DNA of 64,000 nt from NCBI GenBank assembly GCA_964016885.1, contig OZ024740.1:437658001-437722000 (forward strand). The letters run 5' to 3'. The stretch comes from Eledone cirrhosa. Its lineage: Eukaryota. A program made the translations under genes and the position numbers. The notes beneath the pieces were generated by a model, which worked only from the letters and a program-made list of their open reading frames with translations, did no database searches and was not told the DNA's origin. Positions 1-12,284 of the stretch are shown here, piece after piece. Every line of letters starts with the position of its first letter. Position 1 is the stretch's first letter.

Positions 1-19
1 CCACGTGCTGGCTAACACA

Positions 20-1095
20 CGGGGCCCCAGTGGACAGAATGGAGAAGGCGCTTCCCCGGAAGAAGGTAAGGGTGATGGGCTGGAAGAGCCATTCCATCTC
101 GCGAGGCTCACACTTGCGGCTAGGCAGCTCAGCACCTATGGTGATGAGTAGGAAGGTAGCCCTAGGGCCAAGGACACCAGAAGTCTCCACCGCCAAGGGC
201 ATAACCGCAAACCTGTCAGAACGACCGATACTTGGAGAGTTTGGCCTCCTCAGCCAGAAGTGCAACAGAACCAGGGTGAGTCGCAGACTACACCAGGTTG
301 TGGCTGGAGAAAGTGTTGCTGTAAGTGAAATCCCAGACGAGGGATTTGCCACCACAGAACGGGAAGGTGGTCATACCATCTGGCCTTTTTGCCATCCCCT
401 CGGTCCAGCCCCACCAGCTTGAGCTGAGAGTGGAAGCCTGCAGCATCCAAGCCATGCTTTATGACCTCGTTGAGGGCAGCATGGCGTGGAAGGCAGCCGG
501 CACTGTAGCGGGTGGAGGTCAAAAGAGTCGACAGTGGACCCGCAGCAACATTTGTGTGGCTCGCAGATCTGGAGCCCAAGCCTCAGGGAAACCCTGATGC
601 ACAGTCGATCATTGTCCAGCTGCATGCCAGTGTTGAAGGAGGGTAAGACAGGAAGCCAGGCACCACTGTGGGGTTGTGAGGCTATGCAAAAGCATACAAG
701 GCGGTGTTGGCCAAGCTGCCACACTAGCCTGTCTGAGGCCAGGTTGCACTGGATGGCATCCCAAATACTCTGAGGGGGACTTGACATCAGCAGGGGGAGA
801 AGGAAGAGGGACGTCTACCCAGCTAGGTCCTAGCCAGTTCCATGTCTTGCAGGTGACCTCAAGTTCCTCGATCACAGTGGGTTCCATTGTGTTTATGAGA
901 ACCCTGTTGACGAGGACACGGCATGAGGTTACCAATGAAAGAAACACCAACAAAGCCAGCGAGATCGAGGACCAGAGGCCAAGGCCACCATATCTAACTG
1001 GTAAGGTGGCCTGTTGCCATCCAATGTCGTTGAACCTGACATTGCGTATTTCCTCAGCTGCCACTCAGATACAAGTGTCGAGCTCAGTATCTGAC
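20..1095 (-). mobile_element. Decayed 3' part of a CRE-like non-LTR retrotransposon (end of RT region plus restriction-like endonuclease region), frameshifted
   Basis: Minus-strand frames give WQQATLPVRYGGLGL, AWLPVLP..G..L...SLRLG, C-x-C...H...C, RHAALNEVI, DGKRPDG.T..P...GKSLVWDFT and AVETSGVLGP. These motifs are typical of CRE-clade C-termini. Confidence 0.75.
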
Positions 1096-1559
1096 TAAAT
1101 CTCTTTAAATTCATTATTTTCAAAATGATTTGAAAAACGCAACTGACTTACACACCAGGTGGCAGCATAGAGAAGCTCATTGTTCACCTCCAAGAAGCAA
1201 ATTTATAAACATCAAGCCTACAAAAATTGCAGCTGGTCATGGGCAAAGCTTCAGTGTTACTGTCAACTTTTACCTTCTAAAAATATATTCTATAATCCAT
1301 ACATACCACTGTGTCCGCCACCAGACTCTCTAGCCTAAATCAGACAGCAATTCATTGCATACTCCTGTATTGGTATAAAAGTTGTTAGATGTCAGTAGAA
1401 GTTCTCCGCATGTCTTCTAGCCATATTCCTCTTCAGATGGTGCGCTCTGCTGCTAAGTAATAAAAACTTATCTACAATGCAGTTAAATTTATTTTTTCAC
1501 AGTAATATTTTGATGTAGAAATATCTTTGTCTGTGAAACTACCCCTAGTTCGATTATTA

Positions 1560-1790
1560 CTAAACTATATATTTCAAAATGTTTGTCTAAGACACTTTCC
1601 TCATAACTTTATGTAAGAACCTTTGTTATGTTCCAAACACTATCTTAGTAATGAAGAAGTTAGTTATATTACTGAATCCCTCCAAATTCTTGATTATTTT
1701 CCAAATGATTTTTAAATAATGAGCAGTGGTCTTCATTAGAAATATTGCTATGAAAAGATTAAGAAACCAAAAGAAAACAAAATATTTTTT
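1560..1790 (-). mobile_element. Fragment of a piggyBac-type non-autonomous element (same family as 6507-6740)
   Basis: Its reverse complement resembles 6550-6720 (ttcagtaatataactaacttc-tcattactaag-tagtgtttggaacataac). Confidence 0.55.
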
Positions 1791-2496
1791 AAATCCATGG
1801 CCAAATAAACTCAATCATAAAGAGTCAAAGTGGGATCACATCTTTTAAGATGTGGTCCCACTTTGGACACAATTGTCTCTCTTTGTCTGCAAATTTCAAT
1901 CAATGCTGGTTCTAGTAAAATTGGTAAAGTTAGGCTCCAATTTAGCCTGGTTGATAGCCACTGAAAGCAGAAGAAAGTATTTTTGGAGGATTTCTGCCCT
2001 CTGAATCCGACCCCCATCAAGGTCACTATGCCTTTCATATTTCAGGGGTCAATAAATAAAGTACCAGTTATGAGGCCAAGGTTTAGAGTACCAGGCAAGG
2101 GATAGCTTGTGGTGTCTGTGACAGCTCTTTGTATTCATAGTTCAAATTCCTCCTCAAGATTGAAATTTTGCTGATGGTTCTGTCATTTCCTCTCATGTGC
2201 TTAGAAAAGGGCATCACTCTGGACTACCATATGTAGGTGTCTAACACATTAACCACTCTACCACTGAACCTACCCTCAATATATTGGTGGCTGACACATT
2301 AACCACTCTACCACTGTACCTACCCTCAATTATTTAAGATGTAGCATTAATCAGATAAAACTGATTTGCTAAGTTGAAAAAAAATCCATTAAAAATAATT
2401 AGAGTGGACAAATATTTCGACCATTATGTCTGAGACTTTCATTGTTATGGTAGAATCTACAGCAGACCAACAGGCTGTGTGTGAATCTAGTTGGAT

Positions 2497-2548
2497 ACTA
2501 CTACTACTACTGCTGCTGCTGCTACTACTACTACTACTACTACTGTTA

Positions 2549-2584
<36 letters not shown>

Positions 2585-2952
2585 GCTAATACTACTGCTA
2601 ATAATAATAATAATAATAATTCTATTACTGCTATTACTACTATTACTGCTACTAATAATCACACTACTACTACTACTATTACTGCTACTACTGCCATTGT
2701 TGTTATTCCCAGTTGGAGCAGCTTCATTTATTGTATTAATACCCATGGGAAATGAATGATCATCATCACAACTCTGTCTCTCCAAATCTCTATCCCTAAT
2801 GTTTCATGCCTAATTAAATTACATTTTACTTTTAAATCATCATCATCACCATCACCACTATTATCATTTCCACCACCACCATCATCATCAACACTATCAC
2901 TACCACCATTACCACTATCATCACCAACACTATCACTACCATTATCATCACC
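2497..2952. repeat. Compound trinucleotide microsatellites (CTA/CTG/TAA, then CAT/CAC)
   Basis: Visible directly in the sequence. Confidence 0.9.
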
Positions 2953-3045
2953 AGTATTAAGAAGCTATTGCTGTGTTCTCTCATCTCTAACAGTTAAATG
3001 TATTTAAATGTGAACAGTTTACCTTTCTGTTTTATATGGAGTTTT

Positions 3046-3990
3046 GGTAAAATATAATGTTGGTAATGATATAGTAAAATATAATGTTGGTAATGATATA
3101 GTAAAATATAATGTTGGTAATGATATAGTAAAATATAGTGTTGGTAATGATATAGTAAAATATAGTGTTGGTAATGATATAGTAAAATATAGTGTTGGTA
3201 ATGATATAGTAAAATATAATGTTGGTAATGATATAGTAAAATATAATGTTGGTAATGATATAGTAAAATATAGTGTTGGTAATGATATAGTAAAATATAA
3301 TGTTGGTAATGATAGAGTAAAATATTATGTTGGTAATGATATAGTAAAATATTATGTTGGTAATGATATAGTAAAATATAGTGTTGGTAATGATATAGTA
3401 AAATATAATGTTGGTAATGATATAGTAAAATATTATGTTGGTAATGATATAGTAAAATATAGTGTTGGTAATGATATAGTAAAATATAATGTTGGTAATG
3501 ATATAGTAAAATATAGTGTTGGTAATGATATAGTAAAATATAATGTTGGTAATGATATAGTAAAATATAGTGTTAGTAATGATATAGTAAAATATAATGT
3601 TGGTAATGATATAGTAAAATATAGTGTTGGTAATGATATAGTAAAATATAGTGTTGGTAATGATATAGTAAAATATAATGTTGGTAATGATATAGTAAAA
3701 TATAATGTTGGTAATGATATAGTAAAATATAGTGTTGGTAATGATATAGTAAAATATAGTGTTGGTAATGATATAGTAAAATATAGTGTTGGTAATGATA
3801 TAATAAAATATAGTGTTGGTAATGATATAGTAAAATATAGTGTTGGTAATGATATAGTAAAATATAGTGTTGGTAACGATAATGATATAGTGTTGATAAC
3901 GATATAGTAATGATATAGTAAAATATAGTGTTGGTAATGATATAGTAATATAGTGTTGGTTATGATATAGTAATGATATAGTGTTGGTAA
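3046..3990. repeat. 27-bp minisatellite (gtaaaatata[a/g]tgttggtaatgatata), about 33 copies
   Basis: Direct tandem repeats. They explain the spurious (VKYNVGNDI)n ORF. Confidence 0.95.
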
Positions 3991-4349
3991 GAAGGATATA
4001 TGCTGTGCTTTACTGTATGTAGCGTTTTCATGTTGTTGTTTTTATCATATATATTCTGTAGTTGGGGTGATTCTGAGATCTTGTCTTATTTATGTAAGAT
4101 AAAGTTATGGATTCAACATGGTAGACTGGTTAATAAGTTAAGGAACTTGCTTCATCATTATAAGATTCTGGGTTCAATCCCATTGTATGACAACTTAGAC
4201 ATTTGACAGTTACCATAGCTTCAAGTCAACCCAAATTTTGTGAGGGAAATTAGGATTGACAGAAACTGTAAACATGTTGGATGGATTGTACTTGTAACTC
4301 AAAGGATTGGTCTCGTCACATACTGGCATATGCTGTCATACTCACGTAT

Positions 4350-4690
4350 CACATACTGTATCACACCCTGTCACATGCTGTTGCACACTCACACAGTTAT
4401 ACACTGTATCACACCCTGTCACATGTTGTCACACACTGTATCACACCCTGTCACATGCTGTCACACACTGTATCATACCCTGTCACATGTTGTCACACAC
4501 TGTATCACACCCTGCCACATGCTGTCACACACTGTATCACACCCTGTCGCATGTTGTCACACACTGTATCACACCCTGCCACATGTTGTCACACACTGTC
4601 ACATGCTGTCACACACTGTCACATGTTGTCACACACTGTGTCACATGCTGTCACACACTGTATCTCATACTGTCACACAATGTCACACCC
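4350..4690. repeat. ~32-bp minisatellite (cacactgtatcacaccctgtcacatgctgtca)
   Basis: Direct tandem repeats. Confidence 0.9.
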
Positions 4691-5109
4691 TTCTTAGAAA
4701 GTTTATTCTTTGAACAGAAATATTTTGTTCTGATGAAAACAAAATAGAAACTGATATGTCAACTGTTTTGTTTTTAATTTTGTTATATTTTAGTGTTCCT
4801 TCAAAAAGATATTTTGTCCTTTCAAGGTAAAAAAAAAAACTATCAATCCAGTACTGGGGTCAATTCTTCCCTTATATCTCCTTGTTACTACCCCCCACCC
4901 CCACCCCGACTCTCTCTTTTAAAGAAATCAGCTGAGTTCAGACATGAAGAGGGACTGGGCTCTACCAGATTTAAAAATTCCCAAAACATACTGACTCCAT
5001 CAAGAGTTACAGGTCCCATACACACAGATATGAAAACAGTTTGCATTTATCTGTCTGTCAATATATTTTGTCACATCACATAATTCTGTGGCTTGTTCAG
5101 TTTCAGGGA

Positions 5110-5570
5110 AAAATTTGCTATCTTCAATTTGGTATTCATGTCAACAATTACCTATGGTCATGAATCTTGGGTAATGACTGAAAGAATACAATCGCAAATA
5201 CAAGCGGCCGAAATGGGGTGCCTCCGAAGGATCTTTGGAGTAACATTACTCAAAAGAGTTTGTAGCTCTGTCACTCAAGGTAGAGCTGTTACTTCTCCGA
5301 ATTAAGAGATCACAACTCCGATACTATGGGCATGTGGTTAGAATGTCTCAGGAAAAAAATCACTGGACAGATGTTATGGGTAAAACCAACTGGTAGGAGA
5401 CCCAGGGGTAGACCCTCAGCAAGATGGTTGGATAACATCCATGAGCTTGGCTAGTCTCACTTGGTGATTCAGCCAGATCAGTTGAAGCCGGTTGCTTCTG
5501 ATAGGACCTACTGGAGGGAGTATTTGAGGACTCAGCCCCCATGACCTGTCAGGAATAAGTGGGCAAAGAA
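5110..5570 (+). mobile_element. Old RTE-clade LINE 3' fragment
   Basis: Translation gives TYGHESWVMTERIQSQIQAAEMGCLRRIFGVT, then after a frameshift RSQLRYYGHVVRM and GRRPRGRP, which are RTE C-terminal motifs. Confidence 0.8.
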
Positions 5571-5699
5571 GAAGAGAAGGAAGAATTGTGGTGCCTGTTT
5601 TCTCTATTTATTTTGTTCTGTAGAAATGTAAAAGTAAATCATTCTCTCTACATATCTGGTTACTTTAGTTAGTATTTGTGTTTTACTAACACACACACA

Positions 5700-6268
5700 T
5701 CATCATCATCATCATCACCGTTTTACGTCCATTCTTCCACGCTAGCATGGGTTAGACGGGTTATCCTGTTGTGGGCAGTGTCTGGTCGGCTGACCTTGTC
5801 TTGCTCATACAGGAACTGATTTGGCTTGATTTCTACAGCTGGATGCCCTTCCTAACACCAACTTCATTTACAGTGAGTGCTGGGTGCTTTTTTTCCGTGC
5901 CGCCTACACATCTGCTTTACAGTGTAGGCTGGGTGCCTTTTTTCTGTGGCACCTCCTCGACCACTTTGCAGTGGGAGGGTGTGGGGGCATATTGTCTATA
6001 TACTTCAGCTTGTACCCATGGGAGGTTGGGTACTCTGTATTACTGCGTGACGCCAGAGTTCAAGGTCGTGCGGCTTTTATCACCTCATCCCAGGTCTTCT
6101 TGAGTCTCCCCACTCCGCGGTTTCCATTGACTTCTAGTGCTCTGCACCTTTTTATGCAGCTGTCATCCTTCATACGCATCACATGTCCATACCAATGTAA
6201 CCGCCTCTCCTGCACACAGCATTTGATTCCTCTTATGCTCAGTCTCTCTCTCTCAATTCATTTATGCT
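5700..6268 (-). mobile_element. RTE LINE family B, 3' end with (GAT)n tail
   Basis: Close reverse-complement match to 21372-21965. Confidence 0.9.
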
Positions 6269-6314
6269 TCTAAAACAATATAATTCAATTATGTCCTTAT
6301 TTTATTGTCACTTC

Positions 6315-6480
6315 AATGTGGTGAGTTGGCAGAATCATTAGAATATTGGTTAGAATGCCTTGCAGTATTTGTTCTAGCTCTCCTCGGACTTAGTTCAAAT
6401 CCTGCCAAGGCCAACTTTGCTTTTTATCTTTTAAGAGTAAAAAATATATACACCAATTTAGTACTGGGCTCAATTATACT
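6315..6480 (+). mobile_element. Degenerate Meta-domain-like tRNA-derived SINE
   Basis: gagttggcagaatcattaga head, agttcaaatcctgcc B-box-like motif, and actttgc-tttt-atc similar to other copies. Confidence 0.5.
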
Positions 6481-6506
6481 CTCTCTTTTTCATTCTCATT
6501 GTTACA

Positions 6507-6740
6507 TTAACCCTTTCGTTACCATATTTCCGATGAAAGACACCACCTACGGTTTTCAAACAACTTTGAAAATAACCAAGAGTTTGAAGGCATTTAGTAA
6601 TATAACTAACTTTCTCATTATTAAGCTGGTGTTTTGGTGCATAACTTAATAAAAGTTCTTACATAAAATTATAATGGAAGGTTATTAGATAAATGTAGAC
6701 ACTTTAAAATAAACAGTTTTGTATAATAGAAGCAAGGGTT
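6507..6740 (+). mobile_element. piggyBac-type non-autonomous element
   Basis: Starts TTAA|CCCTTTCGTTACCA. Related pieces lie at 1560, 18120, 45040, 50100, 51833 and 53180. Confidence 0.6.
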
Positions 6741-6959
6741 ATACAATAGAATAAGCTGCTGTTTATACTCTAATTGTATGAGTAGGAGTCCAGTTGTTTT
6801 ATATTTTTTATACTCATCTTCAAGACCACAGAGAATCTGCCACCTTTCTAGTCTCTACATACCTCTCTTTCTAAATAATTTTTGGCTAGCATGCCTGTCA
6901 TTGAGCTTGGTTCATTCTAAAATATTCTGTGAAAGATATTTTAAGTGTTTTCATTTTAG

Positions 6960-7130
6960 GTTTGTTTTACTGATCCCTGTTCCTCTTTTGTACAGTCTGT
7001 TGAATATACTGTTTGTCTTTGTCAGTCTGTTGTCAAAAACTTTATCAATTTTGACATCCAACTGCCCAGTCCTGGTAGCTAAACTGGTGAACTGAGTTAC
7101 TGTCTTCAGCTTTGTCTCATCCTCATAATC
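6960..7130 (-). mobile_element. Highly decayed RTE/BovB-like RT fragment
   Basis: Minus frame KLKTVTQFTSF...LDVKIDKVFDNRLTKTNSIFNRLYKR resembles the RTE motif V..F.YLGS....ID.E...R..KA...F.RL.KR. Confidence 0.45.
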
Positions 7131-8087
7131 CTTCTGTCCCCTTCAAACTGATTTGTGATCAAGAGACCTGGTGACACACCATTTACCAGCCTGTTTCATC
7201 CTTTCAGAATAAAGGGAGGGCTTTCCATGAAAATGTTATGAGGACATGCTACAAGTTGATATGCTGTAGAGTAGTGTTGCCCAAATATATTTTATTGCAG
7301 GACTCTTATATAATTTTCTAAAACCTGTGAAACCCATACTTATATTTTATAAACAATCAATCCCAACCAGCAAATAACTCAGCTAAAAAAAGATACAAAA
7401 CATTTTTATTAAACTTTCATTTTTTTTTTTTTTTTTCATTCATCTTATAGAAACCACTTCGAGAAACCTCAAACTATAGGCAGGGAAGTGTGGTGTGGGA
7501 AGAACAACAGAACTATTCTCTAGACACTCATTCAATAACTGTTGACTTCTTATCTGTAAAATTATATCACACAGCTGTTATCATGTAAAGGCAGATTCAG
7601 CTGTCAACTAAATCTATGACCCAACTGTATTTTAGTAAAGAGAGACAGTAAAAGATGTTTTCTAAGGGCCATGGAAAGTGGGGTTGTATCATAGATTAAT
7701 CTGTAAACAAAAATTCTTCAACATTTAACCTTTTTGCTACTAAACCACCTCCGTTTTACAACATTAAATTGTTTGATAAATATTTCAGAAAGCCAGTAAA
7801 ATGTGGTAGAAATATATAAAGGGTAAAGGATGACAAAGAAAAAAGAAAGTAATGTTTTACCCAATATATTTCAACATATTTCTGGGTTTATACCCTCTTT
7901 TCAAATGCAAAAACTAAACGAATGATTTGTTCTTCCCTAACTGGTCCAACTGGTCCAAATGTTCATTTTAAAGTTTAATATTACTAACTCCCCACACACG
8001 CACACATGTATATATATGTACATATAACCCATGCTAGCGTTAAACGATGATGATGATATATATATATAACGAAGGAAGTGTGGTAAG

Positions 8088-8266
8088 GAACCAGGTGGAC
8101 CATAACGCACCAGAATACTCAATACTTTGGATAGTAGAGTGGGTAATAGGAAAAGAGTCAGGACCCTGACGGCAGAGCTCAAGCCGTTTCGACGGCTATT
8201 TCTGGATTCCAGAAATAGCCGTCGAAACGGCTTGAGCTCTGCCGTCAGGGTCCTCACTCTTTTCCT
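8088..8266 (-). mobile_element. Short (TA)n-anchored PLE-terminus-like element with a fold-back palindrome (8148-8266) containing the 3' half of a hammerhead
   Basis: Near-perfect palindrome centred at 8207. Contains GAAA-cggc-ttgagctct-gccg-TC, which is HHR stem III plus the cleavage triplet. Same family at 23296, 45643, 46331 and 56997. Confidence 0.75.
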
Positions 8267-8599
8267 CCCTCTCTCTCTCTCTATCTATCTATATATATAA
8301 GAACAAGTGTTTTAAGACAATTTTCCTTACTAAATTAGGACTTAGTCTTGTAGCAAGCCCATTACAAGTTTTTCCATTTTGCCCTATTAGCTACACCAGG
8401 TCCCTGGATTTCCTTTCCTCCCCCAACATCTTAGCCATGTCTTCTTGATCTTCTCGTTCCTTTACTTGCCTTGTCTTCTCCCTTATTACATGTTGTGACG
8501 TTGTGATGTTCATCCTAGAATATTTATCTTTGTTGTTGAACCTTAATGTTTCCCCTTGTGGGGAAAATAGAAACCATTGTTATTTTTATTATTTTATAT

Positions 8600-8885
8600 T
8601 ATCGTCATCATTATCATCATCTCCACCACCACCATCATCATCTCCACCACCACCATCATCATCATCTCCACCACCACCATCATCATCACCACCACCACTA
8701 CTATTATCATCATCACAGTCATCATTATCACCACCACCACCATCACCATTATACCCACCAGCACCACCACCATCACCATTATACCCACCAGCACCACCAT
8801 CATCATCACAACCACCACCACCACCATCATCACCACCACCACCACCATCATTATCATTACCATAATCACTACTATCATCATCATC
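8600..8885. repeat. (CAT/CAC)n compound microsatellite
   Basis: Visible directly in the sequence. Confidence 0.9.
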
Positions 8886-9029
8886 AAAATGTATTTTTTA
8901 CTTTCAGTTTTGTTTATTGGGGCGAGGGGCTTTAACAAGTAAAGTCCTTCGGAGTTATCTCCCCTAGAACACCATCCTGTAACTTAAACAAGCTGTAAAG
9001 GTGACTCGTATATAAAAATAATTGTATTA

Positions 9030-9240
9030 ATATTTAACTGTTCCTTTCAGCAGTATGGTTTAACTATATTCGGTTATCTCCGCTTACGTTTTCAGTTCAA
9101 ATACCGCCGAGATTAGCTTTGCCTTTCATCCTTACGGTGTTGATAAAATAAAGCACCAGTAATACACTGAGGTCGATTTAATTGACTTTACCTCGAAAAA
9201 AATTGCTGGCCTTGTGCCTAAAGTAGAACAAATTATTATT
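9030..9240 (+). mobile_element. Meta-domain-like SINE
   Basis: gttcaaataccgccgag...gcctttcatccttacggtgttgataaaataaagcaccag...gctggccttgtgcctaaagtagaa followed by an (att)n tail. Confidence 0.75.
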
Positions 9241-9242
9241 AT

Positions 9243-9475
9243 AGCACCCAGTCCACTCTCTAAAGTGGTCGTGTAGGTGTCACAACAAAAAACATCCAGT
9301 ACATTCTGTAAATGTGGTTGGCATTAGGAAGGGCATCCAGCTGTAAAAATTAAACCTGAAACAGTTCTCTATAAGCAACACATCGTCATCTGATCTGGCT
9401 TGTCTCACAACAGAACAACTCATCTAACCCATGCTAGCGTGGGAAAATGGACGTTAAACGATGATGATGATGATT
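9243..9475 (+). mobile_element. Degenerate RTE-derived 3' tail (LINE 3' UTR or SINE tail)
   Basis: ggttggcattaggaagggcatccagctgtaaaa...cccatgctagcgtgggaaaatggacgttaaacgatgatgat. Confidence 0.7.
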
Positions 9476-9519
9476 TACCTTTTCTTCTCCCTTTTCTGTT
9501 TTTTATTCTTTCAGTAATT

Positions 9520-9840
9520 TCTAATTTAGACACAAGATCAATAGTTTGGGAGGGAATTGATTATACCCCCCGTTCTTGGTGTGTCCTTTATTTTATTGAC
9601 TTCAGAAGGGTGAAAGGCAAAGGTGACCTTGGTAGGATTTGAGCTCAGAATGTAATAATTGTTTCTACTTTAGGCACAAGGCCAGCAAATACCCAGTGCA
9701 TTATTGGTACTTTATTTTATCGACTCCGTAAGGATGAAAGGCAAAGTCAACCTCAGTGGGATTTGAACTCAGATCGTAAAGAGACGTAACTATGCTGGAA
9801 AGCATGGCGTCCGACCCTCTACCGATACTGCCAATCCACC
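9520..9840 (-). mobile_element. Two adjacent Meta-domain-like SINE copies
   Basis: Both contain gtactttattttatcgac-ccgtaaggatgaaaggcaaagt...gatttgaactcaga (reverse complement of the SINE core). Confidence 0.75.
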
Positions 9841-9907
9841 AATGTTTTAACAACTCTGCTAATACACTGCACCGTCTCTTAATAATGATGAGTTAATCTA
9901 ATTATAG

Positions 9908-10890
9908 CAGTAGAGACTTCTGGTGTCCTTGGCCCTAGGACCACCTCCCTACTCACACCATCTGCACACCCGTATCAGTGGAGATTCTGGTGTCCTTGGT
10001 CCTAGGACCACCTCCCTACTCACAACATCTGCACACCCGTATCAGTGGAGATTCTGGTGTCCTTGGTCCTAGGACCACCTCCCTACTCACAACATCTGCG
10101 CCCTGTATCAGTGGAGATTCTGGTGTCCTTGGCCCTAGGACCACCTCCTTACTCGCACCATCTGCACCCCCGTATCAGTGGAGATTCTGGTGTCCTTGGC
10201 CCTAGGACCACCTCCCTACTCACACCATCTGCACCCCCGTATCAGTGGAGATTCTGGTGTCCTTGGCCCTAGGACCACCTCCCTACTCACACCATCTGCA
10301 CTCCGTATCAGTGGAGATTCTGGTGTCCTTGGCCCTAGGACCACCTCCCTACTCAGACCATCTGCACACCCGTATCAGTGGAGATTCTGGTGTCCTTGGT
10401 CCTAGGACCACCTCCCTACTCACACCATCTGCACTCCGTATCAGTGGAGATTCTGGTATCCTTGGCCCTAGGACCACCTCCCTACTCAGACCATCTGCAC
10501 CCCTGTATCAGTGGAGATTCTGGTGTCCTTGGCCCTAGGACCACTTCCCTACTCACACCATCTGCGCCCCCATATCAATGGAGATTCTGGTGTCCTTGGC
10601 CCTAGGACCACCTCCCTACTCACACCATCTGCACTCTGTATCAGTGGAGATTCTGGTGTCCTTGGCCCTAGGACCACCTCCCTACTCACACCATCTGCGC
10701 CCCCATATTAGTGAAGATTCTGGTGTCCTTGGTCCTAGAACCACCTCCTTACTCACCACCATCAGCACAGAGTTGGCTACCCACATGTGTGAGCCTCAGG
10801 AGGTGAAATGGCTCTTCCAACATGTCTCCTTCACCATTATACGGGGAAAAGCTTTCTCTATTGTGTCTGCCGGGTCTGTGAGGCAACCAG
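9908..10890 (+). repeat. 66-67-bp minisatellite (about 12.5 copies) expanded inside a CRE-like retroelement 3' fragment
   Basis: The unit gtggagattctggtgtccttggccctaggaccacctccctactcac matches the reverse complement of 140-192. The unique continuation 10760-10890 encodes ELATHMCEPQEVKWLFQHVSFTIIRGKAFSIVS, like the CRE end at 30-140. Confidence 0.85.
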
Positions 10891-11134
10891 CACATGGACT
10901 CCCATTTACATATAATAGTGAGTGGTGGGGAGAGCGAGAAAGATTTAATTATATTAATTATATTAATTGTATTGCTATCTCGGGTAAAATATAATCCTTA
11001 AACATTTCATTATCATATTTGTAATGAAATTCAGGGTGTCCCCAAAAATTGACATCCTTTGAGATGTTATTAAACTATGAAATGATGTTAATTTTTTTTT
11101 TGGGGGGGGGGGGGGGGGGAGGGTCTGGACAATG

Positions 11135-11695
11135 TCATCATCATCATCATCATCAGGTTTAGCGTCCGTGTTCCACGCTTGCATGAGTTTGGACGGGGGT
11201 TTTCCCACTTGAGGCAAGAGTGGTTGTCTTGCTCGCATAGGACTGTCTGGCGGGTTTTCTACAGTTGGATGCCCCTCCTAACACCAACCACATTTACAGT
11301 GTGGGGCTGGGAGGTTTTTACCGTGTTGCCTACACGGCCACATTACAGCGTGGACTGTCTGGCGGGTTTTCTACAGCTGGATGCCCTTCCTAAGACCAAC
11401 CACATTTACAGTGTGGGGCTGGGAGGTTTTTACCGTGTTGCCTACACGGCCACATTTATAGCGTGGACTGTGTGTTTTTTTATCGTGACACCTACACGAT
11501 CTCATTTGTTTCGGCCTGGATGTTGTGGGACCAACATAACTTTACATTGAAAGGGGCGGTGTGGATGGGGTGGAGGTGGTGGGACGGGGGGGTGTTTTGA
11601 TAGAGATGCCTACTGACTGTAGTAGGTTTTTACTTTGTATTTAGGTAAGGCGGGTCTTCTCTATTACTGAGTACCGCCAAAGGTCTCGGTATTTG
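11135..11695 (-). mobile_element. RTE LINE family A 3' end with a ~100-bp internal duplication
   Basis: Reverse-complement match to 61210-61650. The segment ggactgtctggcgggttttctacag occurs twice (11240 and 11352). Confidence 0.85.
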
Positions 11696-11949
11696 AATTA
11701 ATTAATGAAACAATTGGAGGAATTTATTAAAATAATTTCATTATGAGAGTATTTGTGATATAACTTAAGAGGTGCTTATATCAAATTGTTGGAAGATTTT
11801 AATTTAAATAAGAATTGTTTAAATTATGTGGGATTTTTTATAGAAGGCGGCAGTTTTAGGTGAAGTGATATCAAAAGTGTTAATTAAATATCAAAACTTA
11901 AACCAGGGAAATATTGTCTTTGTGACTGGCAACAATATGAAATATCTAC

Positions 11950-12120
11950 AACTCTCCCATCTCTTCACCTGCTATAAATATAAAGGGTTAAACTCTTCCA
12001 TCTCTACACCTGTTATAAATATAAGGGGTTAAACTCTCCCATCTCTACACCTGCTATAAATATAAAGGGTTAAGCTCTCCCATCTCTACACCTGCTATAA
12101 ATATAAGGGGTTAAACTCTC
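11950..12120. repeat. 41-bp minisatellite, about 4 copies
   Basis: aactctcccatctctacacctgctataaatataaagggtta repeated. Confidence 0.9.
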
Positions 12121-12284
12121 TGTCTGAGCAAACATCTTTTATTGTCTAAAAGAATACTTCTGTTTTTGTTCTTGTTTTTATATAGTTTTTGTATTGCTTT
12201 AGCTAACAAATTGAATGAAATTGCTAATTAATATTCCAATTTGCTGTTTCTCTGCAATAGTTGTATTGTTTGCTTCAGCAGCCA

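Noticed and set aside
3044-3907. 287-aa repetitive ORF (VKYNVGNDI)n
   Set aside because: It is a translation of a 27-bp minisatellite with no unique coding context.
9908-10760. CRISPR-like appearance of regular repeats (also 12285-14282 and 41212-41920)
   Set aside because: There are no unique spacers and no cas genes, and the context is eukaryotic.
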